This document shows, in pieces, positions 52,901-61,478 of a DNA stretch of 64,000 nucleotides. Source of the DNA: Asterias rubens. Its lineage: Eukaryota. Under the pieces are notes generated by a model that searched no databases, was not told the origin of the DNA, and worked only from the letters and a program-made list of their open reading frames with translations. The position numbers and the translations under genes were made by a program. The first letter of the stretch is position 1; each line of letters opens with the position of its first letter. The stretch spans positions 11,842,001 to 11,906,000 of the forward strand of contig NC_047076.1 in NCBI RefSeq assembly GCF_902459465.1, given 5' to 3'.

Positions 52901-53467
52901 TTCAGGTGAAAGTTGTAGTCCAAGCTGATTTTTCTCCAGGTAGTATGTAAAAACCAGGGCAGTTCTTTTTCGGAAATGGGTATTCTGAGTGAATTCCAAG
53001 ATCTACTCTACGGCAGAAGAATAAATAGCAAGACAAGTTCTCAAAGAACAAATCTACACAGCAAAGTAGATAATATACACACATGGAGTTACCTCAAACT
53101 CAATACACGTTGATACCTCGCCATGAAATGCCTCAAAACATATACTTCAATTGTTCATTAGTATCTGCTTCACAGAGGTGCCCTTCACAAAATCAAAGAG
53201 ATATCTTTTATCTTCCTTCCTTACAAGTATTAACATGTACTTTATGTCTGAACACTAAACTTTGCTTTGCAGGCAATCTACAAGATGGTAGGCTCCATGG
53301 TGACTATGCCAGAAGATGAGGCAACTCCCGAGATGCGAACCGAAAAGATCTTCAGTCTGCTCGACAAAAACCACGATGGAGACCTCTCATTGGCCGAGTT
53401 TATAGAGGGCGCTAGGAGCGATCCTTCCATCGTCAGAATGCTGCAGATTGAACCAGGCGGTCCATAG
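49971..53467 (+). CDS. NCALD: Neurocalcin/hippocalcin-like neuronal calcium sensor, 3 coding exons, 190 aa
   Basis: Exons 49971-50079, 50723-50991, 53273-53467. Has an MGKQNSKL myristoylation N-terminus, DCPSG, EF loops [24 protein letters not shown] and [12 protein letters not shown], and [16 protein letters not shown]. Exons 1+2 total 378 nt, matching the codon-126 intron I recall in vertebrate NCALD/HPCA. Intron 1 is GC-AG. The exact paralog name is uncertain. Confidence 0.92.
51030..51365. mobile_element. Main TTAA MITE copy in neurocalcin intron 2. Further partial or deleted copies lie at about 17011-17285, 27201-27525, 34267-34421, 44790-45290, 50130-50660 and 60760-60985
   Basis: Terminal inverted repeats and/or the shared body. 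Confidence 0.8.
51985..53125 (+). mobile_element. Old Penelope-like relic with inverted pseudo-LTR pair in neurocalcin intron 2
   Basis: 51985-52290 matches the pLTR of the 61119 element in - orientation. 52800-53125 matches it in + orientation, including a decayed hammerhead (TCTC CTGACGA...CAAACGTTGAGAC at 52804-52846). Confidence 0.7.
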
Positions 53468-53680
53468 TTTATATAACAAGGAGACATTAGTACTTGCTAA
53501 TGCCCTACACCGTTGGCCGAGTTCATAGAGGGCGCTAGGAGCGATCCTTCTATCGTCAGAATGCTGCAGATTGAACCAGGTGGTCCATAGTTCATATAAC
53601 AAGGAGGCATTAATATTTGAATATAATAAGGCAATTTTTCGTGAAAAACTTTGAGGGACAGAAAATATTTGAACCACGCT

Positions 53681-53971
53681 CTACCAGAAATCCTCCCGAG
53701 CTCGATCTCCGTAAAAATTACCATTAAAGCCACAAGAACCCGGCGGTAGCAGTGACAAGTAGACTGGCGTATCAGCCCCTTCTTCTACTGTTTTAGGCCC
53801 TTTATAACTTGTCATGTATGTTGCCACATACCCAGTTGTGCACCTGTCAGGTGTTCCACTTTGAAACTTTTCGGCAAACATTTTGGTGGCACAAACTAAT
53901 CCCAGTTTTGAAATCCCATACGCCCAGTTATAGGCCACCCTTTTTCCTCATGAGTACCCTGATGAGCCAAT
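53681..53971 (-). pseudogene. Third CBR1-like copy, remnant of exons 5+6 only, frameshifted and fused
   Basis: Acceptor TTCTTGTTCAG at 53972, then (x)LAHQGTHEEKGWP, a 2-nt insertion, NWAYGISKLG...QSGTPDR, joined directly to CTTGYVATYMTSYKGPKTVEEGADTPVYL...FW*. No exons 1-4 were recognised upstream. Confidence 0.85.
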
Positions 53972-55139
53972 CTGAACAAGAACAAAATAAAAAAACATTC
54001 ATGAATACCTCAGACAGTTTCGCTATTCCTATTGGTGGAGAGCGCATCACGTGGGTGTGTGAACCTTTGTTTATGACCGGTAAAAAGTGTTAATTCATGG
54101 GCGTGACACACCGTGTGTGAATCAGTTTCAAATTGTTGGTTTTTGTTTTTCATTCACTGTGTGACACAGTGAATGAAAAACAAAAATCAAAAAATTAACT
54201 ATCCGTCTATACTTATTAAGATAAGTGTAAGATTAAGAGAATACGAAAACACACATTTTACATCATAACATTTTTACGACTAAAAAATAAATGTAAAAGC
54301 ATTGTTATGATGGGTTCATTAAAACAAGTAAAAGACAGTAGATTGAGACTCAAAGGAAAGAGGCAATGACTACTTTACAATTGTTTAAGAATTCTTGGGG
54401 TCTTGTTCAGTCCAAGTAGGCCTAATGCTTTATTATGAGTTGCATTTATACATTGTAACTTGTCAATAGGGGCGCGGTATACAAGATGAGTGGTCTACTA
54501 TCCACAAGCATCATCATAATTCATGCATGGATCTTGTTAATTTTTAATATATTTAACACAACTTAAAGCTGATAATGAATCGGATAATTTTCCACACGTC
54601 GCCACCAATTTATCCGCCCTTAATTAAATTAACTCAAAAACACTGAATTTGTCCATACCTGAGAAGAAGGGTTCTTATATATAACTCTAATTTTTGTTAC
54701 CCCTCTGCCTACCCACCATGCAGGCAGCCTACCCACCATGACCATGCAGGCAGCCTACCCACCATGCAGGCAGTTCTGAGTCGCGATATTATTATAAACC
54801 TTGTAAAATGGATCTTTCTGACTGACTCTGCCACTGAGTGAGCGCAGTGACAGTGTTTGCTTACCTTCCTTGCGATTAATTCTAGTTTGGGATTCCCTCG
54901 TGTAGAGTTGGTAGTTTGTACCCACAGAAATGGCAAAAGTTCTGCCAAACAGTGAAGAAAATATGAACGAATTCAAAGTTCCAGAACTGAAGTTGAGCTG
55001 AGTGGTCTATTTGACATCCTCCACATGTGGACTGTGTTTTTAATTATTGTACCAACACAAATGAGGGCGCTATGCTGGTTTAACGGTGGTGGTATTTTGT
55101 TTGCAGGTGAAAAATTAACGGCGGTGTTAAATACCTGCT

Positions 55140-55232
55140 GCTTTATGATTGGTCTGTTGCGCGTAAGTTAATAACCAAGCTTTATGATTGGTCTGTTGGG
55201 CGTAAGTTAATAACCAAGCTTTATGATTGGTC
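55140..55232. repeat. 39-bp tandem repeat x2.4 containing ATTGG (CCAAT) motifs
   Basis: GCTTTATGATTGGTCTGTTG(C/G)GCGTAAGTTAATAACCAA starts at 55140, 55179 and 55218. Confidence 0.85.
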
Positions 55233-55947
55233 GTTGGAAATAGTCTGGCGCGCGAAGAACAGACCCAATGATACCGATTTCCGAATAATAGAAGTAACCG
55301 AAACACAAGCCGGTTACCAAAGTCGATATTTTCAAGAACACTAAATTTTGAAAACATAACGCTAATCGATAGGCAAAAGTAGCATAAAGATAACAAAACA
55401 TGGAATCGATTCTAGGCAAAAATCCACCCTTTTTTGTTTTGGCAAGGAAGATCAATGAGAAAGCCCATGTCCATACATAACGGACATGTACACTGCATGC
55501 TCTCTCGTCCGTCGCCGCAAAAGCGTCGTCCACAGCTAGTATATATGCCTGTGTTGCGTGCTACAGAGTTTGTGAAGGTGGTGCCCTAAAGAGAAAGTCT
55601 TTCTTTGGAATTCCCGAAAAGCAAAACGTGTGCTCTCCTCTGCTCCCCCCAGGAATCAACTATGGAAATTGGAAAGTGTTTATTGAATTGAAGTGATTTG
55701 CATGAAGGTACCTGGGTTATTCGCTTGAATTTTACCTGACTAACTAGTACTACTACTGGCTCCTTAAATTGTGTTGGTTTAGATTGTTGATTATAAAAGT
55801 AAAACATGTTTATGGAGGAAGACAACATGCAACATTCATTTTAACAACACTCACTCACTTTGCAGCTCTGGATCTGGATATCTCCCAATGTAGGTTGCAG
55901 GTGTGTAGTGCATAGTGTGTAGTTGGTGCACGTCCACTAGTTGACAA

Positions 55948-56565
55948 GGATGTCGGACACTTCGTACCTTTGCCACTTCCTACCCTGAACACTTCGGGAC
56001 ACTTCGTACCGTAACCAAATTGGTCACTTCGTACCGTTGGCGGGGTACGAAGTGACCATCAGTTGAGTCACTTCGTACCTTCATTAAAATGTGTATTCCT
56101 CAATAATTTAATGTTTGTTGAGATACAAATTAATAAAACATAATGAATTATAATTTTCGTTTGAATATGTGAATGTCATTTTTAATGTGAAACTAGTTAC
56201 CGCCAAGGACAACATCTTCCGCCAATATTTTTTACAAATATTTTAAAGTCAAACAATCACGCAATCGTCGAAATGGCTCCTTGGTCCCAACAAAATAGTA
56301 ACAGTTGGTTTGATTTGCTTTTATTCCATAATAATCCGATCACAAAGCACAAAACAATCATAAACGATGCAGAAATCCCGAATTAGAATGAAGGTAGGAA
56401 GTGTCTTGTGAGAAGGTACGAAGTGACTCGTGAGAAGGTACGAAGTGTCTTATAAGAAGGTACGAAGTGTCTAAAGGTACGAAGTGTCCAAAGTCACTTC
56501 GTACCTTGAAAAGGTACGAAGTGTCCAGGGTACGAAGTGGCAAATGTACGAAGTGTCCTGACACC
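55948..56565. mobile_element. Non-autonomous TIR element with an 8-bp TSD and subterminal CACTTCGTACC repeats
   Basis: TIRs GGATGTCGGACACTTCGTACC / GTACGAAGTGTCCTGACACC. TSD GTTGACAA at 55940-55947 and 56566-56573. A lone left end of the same family lies at 58729-58828. Confidence 0.85.
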
Positions 56566-56684
56566 GTTGACAATTACATTTTTAGCGTTTTCGTACGAAA
56601 ATGCAATGTCAAATTTATATATTACTTTCTTTACAAATCGGATGGCACTGACTTTTAGTTTCACTTCCAAAGCGTTTTGTTGTA

Positions 56685-57595
56685 ATGTATCTGTATCTGT
56701 ATTGGTCTCCGTACTACACCTGCCAGTGAGGTTGTCGTCGTACGTCGGGTAGGGGTCTAAATGCAACGCAGCTTGGCAAACCATTAGTTGTTGTAATGCG
56801 CTTTTTCTGTCGCTTGGTGGATGTTGATGGAGTCTAGCGCAGCCTTAAATGACTTAAGGTCAGGTGCAGTACGGATGTCTTGGGGAAGTAGGTTCCACTC
56901 TGGCAAGGTCTTGGGGTATAATGAGAACCGGTAACAGTCTTTGTGGGCACGGATTTGTTTATATGTATGCTGGCTACTAGATGATCTTGTGGTTGTACCG
57001 GTGCATGAGTTGAGATATTCCTTTATATTGTTAGGTGTTAAACCATGTGTTTCTTTGTAGACGGATGTTAAACGAGATTTAGTCCTTCTGTCCCGGAGTG
57101 ATTCCCAGTTGAGGTTTCCTAGGATTGCAGTAATGCTGGATTCACGGCTGTAATCACGAACTGTGAATCTGGCAGCCCGATTTTGGACCTGTTCAAGTTT
57201 CTTAATGTCTGTGTCGAAGTGGGGATCCCAGATAGTAGAGCCATACTCGAGTAGTGGTCTGACTAGCGTTTTGTATGCTATGGATTTCACATTGCTATTA
57301 CAGTAGTAGATGTTCCTCTTTAGGAGCCTTAACATCCTGTTGGCCTTGGAGCTTATTTGACTAATATGTGTTGACCATTTCAGGTCGTGGCTGAGACCAA
57401 TTCCTAGGTATGGGTGATGTTTAACTTCTGCAAGGTTTGAGTTGCCAATAATTTATGTTAGCTAGACACAATTGGTTTTTTCTTATGTGTAACCCTTAGC
57501 AAGTGGCACTTGGAGGTGTTGAAACAGAGCTGCCAATCAGTTTCCCATCTGTTGAGGGTGTTGATGTCATTTTGGAGTGTAATCGAGTCCATAGG
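56685..57595 (-). mobile_element. CR1-group LINE RT C-terminal fragment
   Basis: LQNDINTLNRWETDWQLCFNTSKC ... AYKTLVRPLLEYGSTIWDP..IKKLEQVQNRAARF ... SLYPKTLPEWNLLP. Confidence 0.85.
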
Positions 57596-57904
57596 TGAGG
57601 TAATGTTGCTTGTTGTTGGTTAAAATTAAATAAACTTTAAAGGGTCTATGTACTTTTTGTTCGCTTTCTACTACCAATCTTCAAACGGAGTAAAGTTTAA
57701 TGAATGTGAATTTGTGGACATTGTGTTTTGTGTTACAAAAGGTACCCAAATCCTTTTAAAGGGTTGAATATAATGTAATCCTACTTCTAGAACTATTGTA
57801 TGAGATTCGTTCCACTGTCGTCTCGACGTGGTACTTTTGGTACTTGGTGGTTATCCTCCTGGAACTTCCGCTGGGGAACTTGACACAGGAACTTGACAAT
57901 TCCC

Positions 57905-58320
57905 TGTCTGGAATCCATACACCCAGAAAGACATAACCAAAATTGAAGCCACTCAACGACGTGCTGCCAGGTTCGTTCTGCAGCTGTACCACCGCACTGA
58001 AAGCGTGTCGGCTATGTTGAACACCTTGGAATGGGACACCTTAGAAAGGCGACGCCAGGCAGCCAGCCTCACCCTCCTCTACAAAATCCAGAACCAAACT
58101 ATTGCAGTCAATCCAGACCTATACCTCAACCCAGCAATCCCATGTAATACTAGATCATTCCACCCAAACATATATCAGATCATCCCAGGTAGGATACAGT
58201 CATTCTCGAACTCATTTTTCCCAAGAACTGTCATCTGGTGGAACTCACTCCCCGGCAATATCATCAACTCCCCCCTCAGTTGAGGTTTTCAGGGGAGTGG
58301 TGACTGCTCACCTATAAGCA
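57905..58320 (+). mobile_element. CR1-group LINE 3' fragment
   Basis: VWNPYTQKDITKIEATQRRAARFV...LEWDTLERRR...SFFPRTVIWWNSLP. Confidence 0.85.
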
Positions 58321-58324
58321 GCAA

Positions 58325-58720
58325 TGAGTCTTTTTTACTTGCACCATGTACAAACGCACCCCTGCACCGCTCATGGACAAGTAGTCCCTCGGCTTTACGT
58401 CCTGTCTTATGGACCCTACCGAGTATACAAGTAGAAGTAGAAAGGAGGTCAGGAGAGCGTCGTCTAATTTGTTTTGTTGTAGTTTAGGCCTAGCTAGATT
58501 GTGAATGTAATTACTTTTGAAGATTTGGTGGGATTTGGAATCTATAAATGAGGGATTGTTGCAGATTATTCCATAATTTCTCAGTGTTCTTTGAAAAAAA
58601 GATTGTTCGTAGATGGTAGATGAGATGCTGGGTATTTTGAACTGATTGTCTTTGCCCTTTCTTGCCCTCTGCGGTTTCGATTCTAAAATGTGGCTGTGGT
58701 CGGCTTTGAATACACGTGAC
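58325..58720 (-). mobile_element. CR1-group LINE 3' fragment, diverged
   Basis: Translates to NQFKIPSISSTIYEQSFFQRTL, the same terminal motif class as its neighbours. Confidence 0.55.
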
Positions 58721-59914
58721 GATAGACGAGGTGTCAGGACACTTCGTACTTTTGCCACTTCGTACCCTGGACACTTCGTACCTTTGCAAGGTACGAAGTG
58801 ACTATGGACACTTCGTACCTTGGACACTCTTTGGATTGGACAAAAATGTGTTCAGTGGACTTGTCGTAAACGGGCCCAAACTCGACCATCATGACTCAGA
58901 TTTTCAATTACTTTGCGCCTTCAGGACGTCCCTCTAATCTTAGTTAGGCTATATATTTTATTTACCTGGTCCCTTTTGTAAATATTTTGCCATGAGTAAC
59001 ATAGTGAAATCACATGTTTGATAAAATAGCCACAGTTGTTTTGCTTACAGGCTTTATAAAATTAGGTTCAGTTCTGAAATATTTTTCATTTCTCTTCATA
59101 TCCAGATCCACACAGATAATCGTCATTCTATGTTACCAGTGACCAGGATACCAGCTGTCTTGGTTCTCTCCTTGTTCTCATTGGTCCATATTCATGCTCG
59201 ACATACTACGATACACCCAGGTGTTCAAGGCTTGTCGGATACCAAGACGTCGTACAAATACATTGATAAGTTAAGTCTATCAAATGACAATAGACGATAG
59301 ATTCAGGAGATACTGCTGGACGCCGGCGCCCAGCATGAAAAGCTGCTAGCAGAGTACCAGGCAGAGGCATACAGACCATTGACCATCGGTAAGAGATATT
59401 TGTCAAGTTTACTTATTGCAATAAATAGTTATGCCTGAAGTTGTGTTTCCAACTTCTTTTGGGCCCTTTTTCAAACCTCGTCTTGGGCTCTGGCTTATAG
59501 GCTCCAAGCTCTATCTACTGGGCCCAATTTCATGGCTCTGCTTGCCGCCGAATTCTGCGCTTACCTGCGTTCCCCGCTTACGTGCAAGCGCCGAATTTCT
59601 GCGCTAGCCTTGTAAGCGTAGAATGCGTACATGTAGCGTGGAATACGCACGCGCAGAAGCCAAAATTCGCCGTAACCCGTGAAATACGCTTGCTGTAAGC
59701 ACAGAATTCCCTGCTTCCGTGAGCGCCGATTCTGCGCTTACGGTAAGCAGAGCCATGAAATTGGGCCCTGATGTTCGAACCACCACGTGAAATACGCGCT
59801 GGTCCAAAAAGGCAGTTTAAAGGCTGAGCTCTGCGTCATGGCCGAGTAGTTTTCTAGTTCTGGTGGTTTACTCATCGAGTGTGGGTTCAAACCCTAGTCA
59901 TGACATTTGTGTCA

Positions 59915-60145
59915 TCGTCGTCATCATCATCATCATCATCATTCTCTGTGGTCCATCAAGAGGGACGTATCGATTTGTTTTAGACTGCCACAGCTGCTGT
60001 GCCGGTGAGCCATGGTCCACTTCTAGCTGGCGCAACCAGGTGTTGTGTGGTCGCCCTCTGGGTCTCTTCCAGGCTGGGCCGGGACGGATTCCCGCTCAAG
60101 CGTTGACGCTCAGCTTGAGGGGGGTATGTGCTGGAGTATATGCTT
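59915..60145 (-). mobile_element. RTE-clade LINE 3' end nested in a SINE
   Basis: The minus strand translates to WKRPRGRPHNTWLRQLE and ends in a (TGA)n tail, seen as (CAT)n on the + strand. Confidence 0.7.
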
Positions 60146-60369
60146 TACTATAATTCGTTCTCTTCACCCAGGGGTACAAATGGGTACCTGCGAGGGTAGG
60201 GGTTGATATTGTGAGTGAAAAAGCCTTTCGAGCGCCATGGCAGCTCGGGGTTGAAATCCCCAGGGAGCTGAGAAAGTTTATAGGAATGTTATTGACTCGA
60301 TGACAAGGGCAATAATGTAAATCGCATTGATTTGGTCAGTGTAAAATGTGCTATAGAACATGGTGGTTA

Positions 60370-60552
60370 AAGGCCCGGTCCCACTGCAGCGATAACGAGA
60401 ACGATAACGATAACGACACAAAGAGAACGCATTCCATTGGTTGAATGAGAGTGTGCATATTCTGCGTGGAGCAATTCATCCAATACAATGCGTTCTCTTT
60501 GCGCCGTGATAGTTATCGTTTTCGTTATCGCTGCAGTGTGACTCGGCCTTAA
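60370..60552. mobile_element. Palindromic MITE with TAA flanks (Harbinger-like)
   Basis: TIRs AGGCCCGGTCCCACTGCAGCGATAACGA / TCGTTATCGCTGCAGTGTGACTCGGCCT. Confidence 0.7.
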
Positions 60553-61401
60553 GTCATCGCAGTGTGGGTTCGAATCCTGTTCAAGACATTTGTGTCCTTG
60601 AGCAAGATGCTTTACTACCAACCATGTTAAATGTCTGTCATCTATCACAGATGAGAGGATTTCCGAGGCCTGAGTTCTACTTCTGACCAATCTGCCTGCT
60701 GCTGCCACGTTACTTGAAGATACGCTTAGCTTCCCAGAAATATCTACTGAGCAGGTAAGTTTAAAGGCACTGGAGGTGTTTGGTAATGTCGAAAACCAGT
60801 GTTCTCACTTGGTGTATCCCAACAAATGCATAAAGTAAACCTGCAAAAATTTTGGCTCAATTGGTCAACGAAGTTTCATGATAATAATGAAAGAAAGAAC
60901 ACCCTTTTTGAAAAATTTACATTCAGTGTGTGCTTTCAGATGCATATGAAGCCTTTTTATTTGACTGAGAAATTACCTCTTTCTTAAACACAAAGACAAT
61001 GTTTTATCAAAGTTGCATTGGCTGTAAGTGCAGTTTTCCGCACTTAGTTGATCCCAGTTCTGTACCCCCAACAAATGTGCGTTTATCTTCTCTTTTTGAC
61101 AGAAAGAGAAGTATATAGGATTTGAGGCATTGTGTGGTGAGGTATCAATGTATATTTGGTTTGCGGTAACACCATGTGTGTATCTACTTGCCAGGTAGAG
61201 TTGTTCTTAGGGAACTGTCTCGCTTTATTCTACTGCCATGGAGTAGATAATCGGAGGTTCGGGAGACTTCTCAGTTCTGAAAAGAACTGTCCTGCTTTTC
61301 AACTATTACCAGGGCGGATGGTATAGAAATTAGACTGGACAACTACTTTAGCTTATAGGATCGTAATTAACTGTACTGCCGCGGAGTCAGTTCTGAAATT
61401 G

Positions 61402-61445
61402 GTCTCAACGTTTCGACTAGCTTGCTCTAGTCATCGTCAGGAGAC
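61402..61445 (-). ncRNA. Minimal type I hammerhead ribozyme in the Penelope pseudo-LTR
   Basis: The minus strand reads GUCUC CUGACGA U GACUAG AGCAAG CUAGUC GAAA CG UU GAGAC: intact CUGANGA and GAAA cores, a 6-bp helix II, a 5-bp helix I and a palindromic AACGUU in place of helix III. Confidence 0.85.
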
Positions 61446-61470
61446 TGAAGAGGTAAGAGAAGAGTGGGCT

Positions 61471-61478
61471 TATTTATA
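61471..61478 (-). promoter_or_regulatory. TATA-like box in the Penelope pseudo-LTR
   Basis: CCCCTATAAATAAG on the - strand, about 26 nt upstream of the hammerhead motif. Confidence 0.4.

Noticed and set aside
55948-56565. CRISPR-like array of CACTTCGTACC
   Set aside because: The repeats are 11 nt with irregular short spacers, in inverted orientation, inside a TIR/TSD element in a eukaryotic context.
60671-60673. Selenocysteine codon in the TPR gene
   Set aside because: The same gene has other disabling lesions, there is no redox motif, and no SECIS can be assessed in the window.
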